A DNA stretch of 64,000 bases from Cyanophora paradoxa CCMP329. Lineage: Eukaryota > Plantae > Glaucophyta. Below the pieces are notes generated by a model. It had not been told where the DNA came from and did not search any database. It was given only the letters and a program-made list of their open reading frames with translations. Shown here in pieces: positions 1 through 12,314 of the stretch. Positions within the stretch are counted from its first letter, which is position 1. Every line of letters starts with the position of its first letter. Made by a program: the position numbers and the translations under genes. The stretch is taken from the NCBI GenBank assembly GCA_004431415.1, contig QPMI01000627.1, forward strand, positions 62,001 to 126,000, read 5' to 3'.

Positions 1-580
1 CCAAGAACGGGCGGGGCCGGCTCGGACTCGCCAACCGGCTCCGGCTCGATCAGGACGGGCCCCCGTCCGTAAGACGGGTGCTCCACGTTCTTCACCGAGC
101 CGAGGCCTTCGGTGGGCGGCGGGGAGTTGCCAAAGTTGCCGGGGAGAAGATTGGGATCGAAGTCGTCCACTGGGGCCATCTCGAAAGACTGTCGATGCCG
201 GCCGCGGTGTGCGACTCGCTGACCTCAGCTAACTATGTGGCTACGTGCGATTATGTATATACACGCCGACTGAACTTTTGCCGCTGAATTAAGGGCAGCA
301 GAAAGGAACTGCTTTTCCGGCCAGCCACCAACAAGACCCAACGTGATGAGACCTGCTGCGCATGCAGCTGCTAGGAGCACGGAAAAAAGGGGGGACCTGT
401 CCGACTGGGGTACGCATATACAGTGTTTTTGCCATTGCGAACTTCGAATTCTGATCGGCCTGTTTTTTTAATTCTTAATGATCTAGAAACGTGGCAAGTG
501 CTCTTAGGAGGTTCGCTTCTGTACCAAGTAGTTAGTTCCTTCTACCGGTTTGCCCAGCGCACTGTAGGTCCGGTCCGGAC

Positions 581-1137
581 CAGTGATGTTATCATGATAA
601 TGATGTTCTATCATGATAATGATATGATGCATGATATCATCATGATACGGACCCCATCATGGCTATCATCATGGCATGATGATGATAGATCCCCCCCCCA
701 GACCCCCCAAACCGCGATCGCGAGCCTCGGAGTTTCTCACGCTCCAAACACCTTAGCAGAGTTAAATAAGTAATCGAGAGAGTGATTAACATGATCTTTA
801 GCAGAAAGCGCACCGAAATATTTAATAGCGCTAGCGATGTTAACGTTCTTGCCATCACAGCGTCTCCACCGGTACCCCCCTCTGGCCCATGGCCATCGCC
901 ATCACAGCGCTAGCGCCAGGTGTAGAGGATGTGTCTGAGTTGGATTATAGTGCAGCTCTATGCTTCTTCTGTCGACTTTCGTGTCAAAACGACATCTTTG
1001 CAGCAACTTTCACTGTTTCACATGTACAGCGCCGGGAACTTTGTATGCATATGGTGATAATGCTATGATATGATATGATATGATGATGATAATGATATCA
1101 TGACTTTTTGGGCGGCCGTATCATGATAACATCACTG
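581..1137. mobile_element. Non-autonomous hAT-type MITE (family 1)
   Basis: 19-bp TIR CAGTGATGTTATCATGATA / TATCATGATAACATCACTG; 8-bp TSD gtccggac at 573-580 and 1138-1145; subterminal ATCATGAT/ATGAT arrays at both ends; no transposase ORF. Confidence 0.85.
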
Positions 1138-1215
1138 GTCCGGACTCCGGAGGACCGGATCCGGATCCTACGGATTCCTACCGTCCTATAGCTACGCGTC
1201 TACGTATACCCCGGG

Positions 1216-1666
1216 TAGGGTTGGCAGCTTGAAATTTCAAGCCATTGAAAATGCATTGAAATTGAAAATTCAATTTCACTTTCAATGCCGTTCGGTTGAA
1301 ATTGCATTGAAATAGAATATAAAAATAATATAAAAGATATTGAATTTGTCCGTTTCCCCACCCCGGCCGGGCCGGGCCCTTCGCTTCCCCTTCCCAGGCC
1401 GGGCCAGCCCCCCGGGCCCCGGCCTTACCAGGAGCCCTCGCGATCGAGCTCCCAGCCCGTTCAGAGACTCGAAGACTGTGATAGAGCTTAGAGTGGAGTC
1501 GATTATGAGTGAAACTTGAAAGAGACTCTCAGCAATGCGTAGGGTCTCTAAAAGAGCTGCACTAGTACTGCAGGTTGAAATTTCAATTGAATTTTCAAAG
1601 CTTTCAAAGGGTCGACTTTCAGTTTCAACGCCAAAATTTTGAATTTCATGAAATTCACCAACCCTA
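1216..1666. mobile_element. Non-autonomous hAT-type MITE (family 2)
   Basis: TIR TAGGGTTG...CAACCCTA; 8-bp TSD accccggg at 1208-1215 and 1667-1674; subterminal TTGAAA/TTTCAA repeats. Confidence 0.85.
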
Positions 1667-1726
1667 ACCCCGGGTAGGCGACCTCTGCTTGCAATTGTGG
1701 CCTCTGCTAGGCTGTAAATTAGGGAG

Positions 1727-2754
1727 TAGGGCTGTCGCCAGTGATGGAATTAATAATAACCCCCAAAATGGGACTTTATAAGAATCATTATTAATAGTTA
1801 ATAATTAGTTATTAGTAGATTATTAATTACTTCCTCATAGAAGCGCGAAACCACGCGTTGATGGAGCGCTGCCGCACGTTTCTGGTGCTAAACACTCTTG
1901 TATAAGCTGCTTTAGCATTGCGAGTGCCCTCTATATCTGTTTGGGGTCGAATGAAAGGGTTAAAGTGCGATCAAGGGGGTACTGGATGGTCTGGAGCTGC
2001 CGTCTGATCAGCTTATGAGCATTATATCAAGCTGCAAAAGTGCCCAGAAGGTCTCTAGACGTGTATAGAACTGCTTTATAGCGCTCTAGCATGCACAGAT
2101 TCGTCATAGAGTGCAAGAAATGGTGTGTCTGTGAGTACCCCCCTAAACTAATAAACGTTACTAATAAGAGTGGCTGTTCTGGCACCTTATTAATAACGTA
2201 TTATTAATTAGTTATTAATTAGCTAATAAAAAAGGTTATGAATAAAGTTCCCATCACTGGCTGTCGCGGTACGGCGCGGTAGCGGTAGACTGGTCCTACC
2301 GACCGGCCCGGTAGACTTGCCCGGTCTACCGTCATACAAGCCCGGTAGCCATACAAATTCGCCCGTTGGGGGGTAGCCGGGCGCGCCCCGGGCACCCGGA
2401 CTCCCGGGCCTCCCGGCCGCCGGGCCGCCGCGCCGGGCCCGCGCACCGCCGCGCGCCGCACCGCCGGCGCCCGCGCCGCACATCACTCTGCGCCAAGGTC
2501 ATGGCTGACAACCACCCCGCACTTCCTCACAACTGGGGCTCCTCACCCCGCAAGCACAAGCTATAGATGCGCAAAGTAGCGTGTAAACAGTTTAGGCGCG
2601 TAGCGCCTTGGAGCTTGACGAATTTTAGCTTGATTTTGCGTCAGTTTTCGCGTACTATGCGTGCCAGCCGTGACCTACCGGGCGTACCCGGTCGGTACGG
2701 GTCAGAGAGGTCTACCGACCGGGTAGAGGGAGGGGGTCTACCGTGACAGCCCTA
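1727..2754. mobile_element. Non-autonomous hAT-type MITE (family 3), left TIR interrupted by a nested element
   Basis: Reconstructed left TIR TAGGGCTGTCGCGGTA versus right TACCGTGACAGCCCTA; 8-bp TSD ttagggag at 1719-1726 and 2755-2762; subterminal CGGTA/TACCG repeats. Confidence 0.8.
1739..2259. mobile_element. Non-autonomous hAT-type MITE (family 4), nested in the family 3 TIR
   Basis: TIR CAGTGATGG...CCATCACTG; 8-bp TSD gctgtcgc at 1731-1738 and 2260-2267; subterminal ATTAATA/TAATTA repeats. Confidence 0.85.
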
Positions 2755-2998
2755 TTAGGGAGTGCTAGCTGGCGCTTCCGAAGTTCTTCCGTCCAGGGCC
2801 CGGCGGCCCGCGCACGGCGCGCAGCCGCCGCGGACTCGTTCCCCTTATTCCCTCGAGCTCCCAGTGCACGCGTGGCCCAGCCCTGGCCATGGGGTCAGGG
2901 CTAGCACTGGCACCGCGGTTCTGGTTCAGCGGTTCTAGATCCGGCCATGGATTGAAGGCATACACCGGCCCGCGGGTCGCCGCCACCGCATCCGGCCC

Positions 2999-5900
2999 TC
3001 AGCGCCCCGCCGTCCCCCCGCGGCCGCGGTTGTTCTCCAGCGCGATCCGTATCCGTGTAGCCTGCGCCACGCGCCCGCCCGCGCCGTCAGCAGCGCGCAG
3101 CCGATCCGATGATCGCGGCGCGCGCGCGCGCGCCTGCTTCTCGCTAAAGTCGTTCCCGTCGACGATTAGCTCCGTTAGGGCGGGGCAGCCCTGCGCGCGT
3201 GCATTCGCGCCCGTGGCCGGGCGGCGCGCGGGTGGCATCGCGGGCCGGGCCGGGCTCCAGCGCGCCTGAACGAGGGCGAGGAGCGAGGCGACGCCGCCCA
3301 GAGTGATGTGGTTTCCGGAGAGGTCCACTGCCTCTAGATCCCGGTTGCCCTTGAAGGCCGCGGCTGCGGGGAGGGCGGGCCGAGGTCGATCATGAGCGGA
3401 GTCGGGTCCGCTCTAGATCTGGGGCGCACCGAGGGCGGCCGCGGCCTCGTTCGCGAGGCCCTGCGAGCGGAGTACGAGGCGCGTGACCCCCGGGCAGTGC
3501 GCCTGCACCACGGCCAACACGGGCGCCAGGCCCCGGTTCCCTGAGGCGCGCCGTGAGTGAGTGAGGGGCGCGAGGGGAAGACATAGGGGCCGGCTAGCCG
3601 GCCAGCTCACCTACGTAGTTCCCCCTGCTGAAGTCGAGGACGCCGCCCGCGACCGGCTCCGGGAAGCGGGCGGCGAGGGAGCTGTTGGGGCGCACGCCGG
3701 CCCGCCGGCACTCCTCCAGGTACGCCTCCGCCAGCCGCGCCTGCTCCACGCTCGCCCCGCCGCCCCCCGAAGCCGAGGCCGAAGCGGGGGCCGAGGCGAA
3801 GGCCCCGGCCCCCGGCTCCTTCACTTTCCTTGCCCTCCAGCCCTCCTTGGCGACCTCGCCCAGGACGATGCGCTCGAGGACGGCGAGGCGGGCGCGGAGC
3901 GACTCGTTCTCCAGGCGCAGCGCCTCCACGGCCTCGGCCAGCGACGCCGCCATCTCGTTCGCCACGCCCCTGCGCCGCTCGCTCAGCTTTCGCTGAGGCT
4001 AGGCGTAGCTTGGCTTAAGAGCTAAGGACGATTCGGCTTATGCTTGGCTAGGCCTGGCTTTGGCGTGGCTTGACGCACGACTCGGTCTTGCCGGCCGGCT
4101 CGAACTCGGCCTCGGCCGCCGGCTCCTCCCGAATGAGCGCCGCGTCGATCGCCACGGCCCCGGCCCCCGCCTGCGATGCTCTCTAAGGGCCGACGGCCCG
4201 CCCGGCGGACGCGGGAGCCTCGCACGGGGGGCGGGCCGCGCGCGTATCCGAAGGAGGCCTGCGGCGGGGGCGCCGACTGCTCGCCCCGCCCGTCGTCTGG
4301 CCGCGCGCGCTCAGCTGAGCCCGGATGAGCGAGGGGGCGGCCCGGCGCTCACCGACCCCGTCGTCCCACACGCCGGCGGCCTCCGGCGGCCGCCCGAACT
4401 TCGGGAGCACCGTCTCCCCCTGATCCAAGTTTACGAGGAATCTTGAGGGAACGGGAGGGGGGTACGCCCACGCCCACGCCCGGCGCACCTCGAGGTCGAC
4501 GTCGCGGTCGGCCCAGACGACGAGGCAGTAGCTTGCCTCTTGGAACTTCTCGAAGGTCATCGGGATCACCTGAGAGGGCCGGGGCCGAGGCCGGGGTCAG
4601 AGGGCGGGCGGAGGGGGGCGGCGCGGGGGCCGCACCTTGTAGTGGCCGGCCTCGAGCGTCGCGGCGACCGAGACTGCGTTGCGTCGTCGCTGGGCGTCAA
4701 TCCCCGCCCGAACGCGTTCTCTTTCTCTCTAGAGCGTCTGCGCGCGGGGGCGTCCGCGCACGCTCGCGGGCGGGCTTGAAGGGCCCCGGGGTGGCGGCGA
4801 CCATGTCCCCCGAGATGCTCGCCACCCGCTCCCCCGCCGTCGCCCCTGCCCCGCGCCGCCCGCTCAGGCGCCCGCCGGCGAGGAAGGGCACGAAGGAGAG
4901 CGAGTGAGCCGCAGCCAGCGGGCGCCGGCGTGAGAGGTAGCGAGCTTCGCCCCGCTCTTTCGCACCCGGGGAGCGGAGTACGAAGAAGCCGATGGAGGCG
5001 GCGAACTGCTGCTTGCCCTCCAGCCGCACGTCCCCCTGCGGGCGGCAGGCTCGCCCGGGCAGGCCGGGCCGGGCCGGGCTGGAGGGCCGACCTGGGACAG
5101 GGTGATGAAGACCTGGGAGCGGGTCGGCACCGTGAGGTGGAACTGCATTCGTTCGGTCCAGCATTATTAAGAGGTCCGGAGCCCCGGTCGGGGCCGGTTG
5201 GACGGGCAGGCGGGGCGCGCCTGCCGGTTCTTGACCCAGTCGCGGTTGCCGGCGTTGGGGCAGCCCCACGCGCTCTCCCCCATCCTCCACTCGCCCTGCC
5301 GATGCCCGCGCCTCAGGCCCAAACGACAAGAGAAGAAAGGAAGGAAGGAAGGGCGAGAGCGTGGCGGGGAAAAGCCGATCCGATCCGATCCGTCTGAACC
5401 GATCCGAGCTAACAAGGCCTAACAAGCTAGGCCTCATAAGAAGGGCGCGGCGCGCACGAGGACGCGCTGGCCGTGCCAGTCGTCCGTGAAGATCCTGCAC
5501 ACGAAGACCGTGTTGAAGACCTGCGCCCCGCCGCCGCGCCCCCTTGAGTAAAAGCTTGAAGTTTCAGGGGCGGGGGAGCGCGCGCCCGCGTGAAGTCGTC
5601 CCAGCAGATCCAGAAGGTGCCGTCGTCCGCGAACTGGTAGCTCAGCTTCTTCTGCGGGCCGCACCAATCGCCCGCGTCAGTTTCTCGGGCCCTCTCCTTC
5701 TACTCTCGTCTTGTCTCGCTTAGATCGTGCCTAAAAAGTGTGTTCTTGGACTTGTCTTTGATAGTCTAATCTCGCTTGGATCGCACCAGGAGGGCCGGCG
5801 ACCACTCCTTCGAGCCGTCGCTCCACGCGCCGCTCCACTCCTTCCGGCCCCTGGGAGGACGGATCGGTTTTGGGGGGGGGGGAAGGGAGAGGGGGGTAGA

Positions 5901-7583
5901 GGGCACCAGGGGTTGCGCAGCCGGAGGAGGCGGTGAGTCGCGGCCCCGTTCTCGACGTCCCTCACGTCCAAAATCCCGTACGCGTGTCCCTGCGAGGGCG
6001 AGGTAAGGAGAAGGCTCAGATCAGATCGATCTGATCTGATCTGATCTGAGGCTGGGGGTACGCGCCTTGAGGATGCCGCTCTCCCCGGGGGCCTCCTGCT
6101 TCCCCTGGTACGAGAAGGAGCACCCCATGAGGGAACTGAAGGGGCGTGGCGGGTCAGATAAGATCAGATCCGATCGTAACAAATCAGATGAGATCAGGGC
6201 GCGCCCGTCGGAGTGGAGCTGTCGGAGGCGGGGCCAGAGCTGGTCCGCCTTCATCTCCGCCTTCGTCGCCGGCGCCTCCAGCTTGCTGCCGGGCCCGGCG
6301 CGTCAGGACCGCAAGCAGCGGAGAGCTATGCTCTCGCTGGCTCGCGGGGCGCTCGCACATTGTTTCCGGGCAGCCGCCCTGCCGCGCGGCGCGGGGCTGG
6401 GTCAGAAGGAGGGGGTACGGAGTCGTCCGGTTCGGGGAGGGGTACCGTGAGGTCCTTGAGCCCGTAGTCGACGAACCCGGCGATCAAATTCTCGTAGCAC
6501 TTGTGGACCTGGCTCGGCGGATCAGCGACTCGGCCGAGGCGAACAGGGGTACGCGGGGGAAAGCGGAGGTCGGGGGGTCACCTTCGCGTAAGCCTTTTCG
6601 AGGAGGCACACCCAGAGCTCGTTGCCTGCCCTAAGGTGAGCGCGCAGAGAACGGACCGAGGCTGAAGGAACAGCCCGCCGGGAAGTCGAAAGCGCGCACG
6701 ATCCTTGCAGGAGGCGTAGAGGGGCCGCTTGTCCTTTCGGCAGAGGACGCGGTCGTCCACGACGACGGTCTACCCCAGGGCAGGCGTTTGGCGGGGGAGG
6801 GGGAGAAGCGGAGGGGCGGAGGGAAGCGGAGGGGGGTACAGGGACGCACGTGCCAGAACTCGTCCTTGAAGACAGCGATCGTGTAGCTGCGCGCGCGAAG
6901 GAGTGCGGCGTCATGTCCCGGCGCGTGGCCCAGGCGGCACGCATGCGCACATCCCGCTCTTCGCGTTGCGCGTGGATACGAAGAGCCGCTCGAGCAGGTG
7001 CCGCTGCGTCGCGAGCACTGCGCGGGCTCGGCTAAGCCTACGCGGGGCCGGCGGGGCGGGGCCCGGCCCGGCCCGCGGGCGCACCGCTGAGGGCGCCCAG
7101 GAACCAGCAGTCGCCTGCGGGCATCCGGGCGGGCGGGCCGCGTAAGGGACCCCGCTGGACGCTCCCCGCCCCGCCCCGCCCAGCCCCGCCCAGCCCTGCT
7201 CACCGAGCATCCCCTGAATGACGTCGCCCGGCTCCACGCCGTCGATGAAGAGCTTGGGCTGACCCGGGCAGAATTCCTTCGGCCTCAGCCACTGGCACAT
7301 CTTCAGGTCGATGTGTCCTGCGCCCGGGCCGTCGCTCAGCAGCGCGCCCGGCGGGCCCTCGCGCGCGGAGGCACGCGGCGACGGCACCTTGCCACGGGCG
7401 GTCCGGGTCGCGGAAGAGGGAGCGCTCAGAGGCGGGGAACGCGTCGTCCTCGAAGAACTCCTGTCTCCTCGCTCGCATCGCCTTCACGAGGGCCTCCTCG
7501 CTGAGGCCTGTCTTGGTAACGCAGCATGGCACGGTGCAGGTGGAGGACGAGCACGCCGGCTGCAGATTCGGCTCGGCCGGCAT
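2999..7583 (-). CDS. Calpain (CysPc catalytic domain + C2-like domain III) fused to a short coiled coil and RNI-like leucine-rich repeats; multi-exon
   Basis: Spliced exons give FEDDAFPAS, WLRPKE, DVIQGMLGDCWFLGAL (catalytic Cys), ELWVCLLEKAYAK, GHAYGILD (His), LRLRNPW (Asn), then QFHLTV and IPMTFEK. Phase-consistent linker exons (one ending at 4353, then 4296-4226, 4170-4079, and 3969 onward) join to LRR exons (LDFSRGNYVGNRG, LVLRSQGLANEAA, VDLSGNHITLGG, LIVDGNDFSEK). Confidence 0.85.
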
Positions 7584-7756
7584 CTCAGTTTTCCTGTGTC
7601 AGGAATGATGTCCGGTCGCGCCGGCACCTCCGATGCTGTTAGCTATGCGGCGCCGTGCTTAGCTATGTTCAAGTTTTGCGGTCGTCGGTTGTGAGCTATG
7701 CTTCTCGGGGCCTAGCTATCTGTTGTGCACAGTCGGTAGGACGAGCCAGCGCCTGT

Positions 7757-7924
7757 GGGCACGCTAGCTGCGACAGACAGTTTGCGGAGCGGGGTCAAGA
7801 GGTGGCGTACCCCGTTTGAGCTCCTACGTACCCCAAATTCCAAACCCCCTAGAAGCTTAACAGACGGGGTACGACACCTCTTGACTCCGCTCCGCAAACC
7901 CTGCCCATCGCAGCTAGCGTGCCC
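7757..7924. repeat. ~170-bp foldback (nested inverted repeats), possible MITE remnant, between divergent genes
   Basis: Outer arm gggcacgctagctgcga / tcgcagctagcgtgccc; inner ~38-bp arm tttgcggagcggggtcaagaggtggcgtaccccg / cggggtacgacacctcttgactccgctccgcaaa with few mismatches; no TSD found. Confidence 0.75.
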
Positions 7925-8277
7925 GGCCCGTATCGGGCAATCCTTCGAGCTCCTCCTTCTGGTAGCCTACTCAGGCCGGGCGGGACAGCAAGCACTGCTT
8001 CTCTCATGGTCGCAACATAGCGCACAGCCTGCGGAGGAGGAGCGCGACTCGCGGAAGGCGAGCGCGTCCCGGCGTGGCGACGAGATAGAGTGCATCGTTC
8101 GTGCTCTGCTACCTCTCGCGGGCGCAGGCAAAAGTTCGAGCGTAGTCCGGAATCCGGTGCCCTCGCTAGCTCGTCGACCCGCCGCCGGTATTCGATCAGC
8201 GCCGCAAAGGCAGCTCTCCAGCATCGGACCATGTCCTCTCAGCATCATATAAAGTAGAGCTATTGCCCCCGTGCCCG

Positions 8278-11200
8278 ATGGAGTACGACCCGAGCGCCGC
8301 GGATGCGAGCGTCGCTTACTGGAATCCGGACGGGCCAGCCGGTCCGCCGCCGACCGACGACGGCGGTGGCTATGGCGCCGGAAGGGGCGAAGAGTACGTT
8401 TCGCACGGCCGAGGGCCCGTCGTGATCCAGCCGGAGTACGTGGGAGAGTCCGAACCGGCCCCGCCAGTCATCGGCTCGTTCGGCGACCACCTGCCGTCGG
8501 GGGCCCGGTTCCAGGCGGCCCCCGAGCTCACCGAGGGGTCCGCCTACGCCCAAGCCCTAAGAGAGGCCGCGATGCAGGATGATCAGTCGGTGCGCCGCTC
8601 TCGGGCCCGCCGCGCACGCCCCAAGCGCGAGCCCTGAGCCCCGCCGCAGATCGAGCACATGCAGGCGGCCCTCACGCGTCGTGCGTCGATGTCGCTGCGC
8701 GTGCGCGGTCCTCTGGCAGCGGCCCCTGAAGCGCGCCCCGCAGCTCCCGCCGTGCGGGACGCCTGCACTGTCCCGCAGGACGGCGTCCACGTGAAGCAGG
8801 TCGACTTCGTGCGGCCCTTCAAGGGTGCGCGGCGCCGCTCGCCTCGCGCCGGGCCCGGGCCCGCGTGGCGCCTGCGGCTGACACGGATCCCCCACGCGCA
8901 GTCGTGGGAGAGGTGCTGGGCCCCGCCAAGGTCCACATCCACGGTGACGCCGAGTACACCGCCGACGCCAAGCGCGCCGGTGCGCGAGCGCCGCCGCTGC
9001 TGCCGCTCGCGTTCCCTCAAATCCGCGCGCGCTGACGGCGCGCCGCAGGCACCTGGAAGTGCGCGGCAATCCCGCCCGCCGCCGGGGGCTCGCTGCGGGG
9101 ACGCGTGCTGAGGCGCCGCGCAGGATCACGCAGCCGTACGAGCGCCGCGGCCACGACGAGAGGAGCGTCACGGTCAAGGAGAAGGGTCCGCGCTGCCGGC
9201 GCCGCTCTGCGGATCCAGCCGCGCTGATCGCACCGACCGCAGGCTACTTCGAGACGAAGCAGCAGGTCAAGGTCGACAAGATCGTGTTTGGCGAGCGGGA
9301 GATCATCGAGGGCGAGGTCATCCCCGGGCAGTCGGGCCCCACAATCTACCACGTGCGCTGCTGTGGCCCCAAACAAAGCGCCGTGGGCGTCACCGACGGG
9401 GCCGGGGGCGGCGGCAATGGGCGCAGTGGGACTCGCGGGAATTCAAGCCGACGGGCCCCATGGCCGGCACGTGCGGCTCTGCGTCGTGCAAGTTGATCGG
9501 TGCGCTCCTGCGCTGTACCCCCGAACCCCGCCCTGCGCGCCGCCAACCACGAAGCAGACGAGAAGCCGAAGGAGTACTTCGGCAAGGACACCTGCGAGAA
9601 CCGCGTGATCAAGAACGTGGACCTGAAGGTTGGACCCCTGAAAGACTTGACGTACCCGGACTTCAAGCAGTACAAGATCCACATCGACGAGAGCGTCCCG
9701 CGCCTGGTGCGGCACGCGGCGGCCGCTTCGCCCGGCCCTCTCCTTCTCTCCCTCTCTCTCAACGCTGCGCTCAGTGCCAGGACACGATCCCGAAGGGCCT
9801 CCTGAAAGCGCTCGTCGCGAGGAACGTCGACGTGGACCGGCTCTTCAAGCCGACCATGGACTTCGACGTGGTCAAGGTCCAGGACGTCACGGCCTGCGAG
9901 GTCCAGACCCTCGCCAAGCAGGTCCGTTTGAGCTGCTGCCGGTCGCCCCGGCCCCGCCGCTGCTCGATCTGAGACCTCCGCGCCGCAGGACTTCGAGCTG
10001 AAGTACGACGAACGGCACGACATGAAATGGAAGAAGCCGATCACCAAGGAGTGCACCAAGGAGTGGACGCAGGACGGTATCGAGTACGGCAAGGGCACGT
10101 ACGAGCAGACCGACCAGGCTGACATCACCGGCTACTAGTGCGTCGCCCCCGCGCGCGGCGCCGCCGTCGAGCGCGCGCTGACGGCACGGGCCGCGCAGCA
10201 TCCAGCCCGGTGCCGAGCTCGGCCAGATCAACAGTGCGCGGCGCTCTTCGCTCGCGGCTATCCGGACCCTGATCCGCCCCGCAGCGTACATTCGGCAGAA
10301 GGACATCGGACGCGTGAAGGGGGACGAGCGCATCATCGAGCACCGGGAGGATCGAGAGGCGCGCGCGCCGGGCCCCGGCCGGCCGGCCCTTGCCCGCCCG
10401 CCCGCCCGCCCGCCCGCCGCTGACCGGCCCGCCCGCCCGCCGCATGCAGGTCCCCACCGGCAAGGCCGTGTACAGGGTCTCGGAGATCGGGCCCTGGCAC
10501 CGCGACGGCAAGATCGTCGAGAAGAAGCTCACGTTCGTCGAGGAGGTCGAGAAGAGCGACAAGATCACCTTCAAGCCGTCGGGCGTCATAGAGAACGACC
10601 CCTTCTACTTCACCAAGTTCAGCAAATGTCCCCTGCTCAAGGTCGCCCCGAACAACGACTGCGACCTCACGCCGGGCCAGAAGGCCGCCTTCAAGGGCCA
10701 CCTCTCGAGCGACGAGATCAAGTGCGTCGACAAGGCCGCCGAGGCCCTCGTCATCGGCAAGTGCGCCATCGTCGACGGCAAGTGGGCCCCCGCGCCGACC
10801 GGTGCGCCCGCCGCCCCGCCCCGCAGCGCTCTGCCTCGCGCGCCACGCCCGGCGCCGACGCGGGGGGCGCAGACGGGCGGGGCAACGCGGAGATCCACGA
10901 GTCGGCGCGGCCGGCGTACAAGGAGGGGGCGGGGGCGGACCCGACGGACACGAGCCCGGAGGGGGTCCTGGCGACCCTCAAGGAGGCCTACGCCAAGGAG
11001 CTCGAGGAGCAGCTCGAGCGCCAGGACCGGCTCATGGACCTGGAGCGGGCGGAGGCGCGCCTGGTCGCCGCCCTCGACGGGGCGCGGGCCGAGGCCGAGG
11101 CGGAGGGCCCGATCCTCGACGGGGGGCGGGCCGCCGCCCTCGCCGCCCGCATCGCAAACCTGCACGAGAACGTCGAGACCGTGCGGGCGGACCGGCGCGA

Positions 11201-12314
11201 GCTGGAGCAGAGCGTGCGTCCCACCTCCTGGCCGAGCCGGCCGGCCGGCCTCTGACCCGCTTCTGACCCGCCCGCCCCGCAGCTGGAGAAGCACACGGGG
11301 GACGTGGTCCGCCTCGCCTCGGCGATGCGTGGGGGCGCGGGCGGGCTCGGCCTCGACCCCGCCGGGCTCGAGGCGGAGCTCGCCGCCGTGCGCTCCGAGC
11401 TGGGCGCCGGCCGGGCGGAGGAGGAGGGGGCGGAGGAGGAGGAGGGGGCGCGCGGCTCGGTCTGGGCTGAGGAGGAGGAGGGCGAGCTGCGCGGGCTCCC
11501 CTCTGTCCCCTCACCCTCGGCCTCGGCCTCGCCCTCGGCCTCGGCCTCGGTCTTCGCGGTGGAGCTGGGCGCCGTCGCCCCGCCGGAGAGCCGCGTGGAG
11601 GCGTGCATGGGCATCCAGTGCGAGCCCGGTCCGCCCGCGCACGGCCCCGGCCCCGGCGGCGACGACGACGGCGCGGCCGTTGCGCGGGCGGCGCCCGCCC
11701 CGCCCGAGGACCCCTTTTCCCTCTTCTTTGAGGACGCCGCGTGGCCCGAGGAGGAGGCGGGCCCGCGGGCGGCGCCCGCCCCTCCCGAGGACCCCTTCTG
11801 CTTTGATGACGCCGCGTGGCCCTCCGAGCCGAAGCCGGAGCCGGAGCCGGCGCCGGCGCCCGGGGCCCCGCTCGAGGTCCCCGCAGCGGAGGGCAGCGGG
11901 GACGGCGGGGGCGGAGGGGGGGAGGAGCCTTCCTCGCTTGACGCCGCGTGGGCGGAGGCGGAGGGGGGGGAGGGGGCCCGCGCGAGCCCAGGCTCGCCAC
12001 AGCCCGGGCCCGGCGGCGGCGGCGGCGCCGCCGCCCCGGGGCACGGCAACGGCAACGCCGTCCCGCCCTGGGACGAGGCCACGGTGCGAGCCCGTACCCC
12101 TCCCTGAGCGTCCTCCTCCCTTCTCTCACCCCCCTCCCTGAGCGTCCTCCTCCCTTCTCTCACCCCCCCCCCCCCCCTTCTCCCCCCCGACCGTTCTGTT
12201 TCGGCGCAGTGGTACGTGGAGCCGCCGGAGGTGGAAGGGGGGGAGGATCCGATGGCGGCCGAGGCGGCGGCGTGCGAGGCCTGCGCGGAGGCGCACGCGG
12301 GGGGCGTGCTCTGA
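8278..12314 (+). CDS. Large multi-exon protein of unknown function (K/E/D/V/T-rich core, coiled coil, acidic Pro-rich tail)
   Basis: Exons with strong GC3 codon bias separated by short canonical introns (GYFETKQQVKVDKIVFGEREIIEGE; DFELKYDERHDMKWKKPITKECTKEW; KELEEQLERQDRLMDLERAEARL). Last exon WYVEPPEVEGGEDPM...GGVL-TGA. No family recognised. Confidence 0.65.

Noticed and set aside
1661-1726. Telomere or interstitial telomeric repeat (ccctaa, ttaggg)
   Set aside because: Isolated hexamers explained by MITE TIR and TSD sequences, not a tandem telomeric tract.
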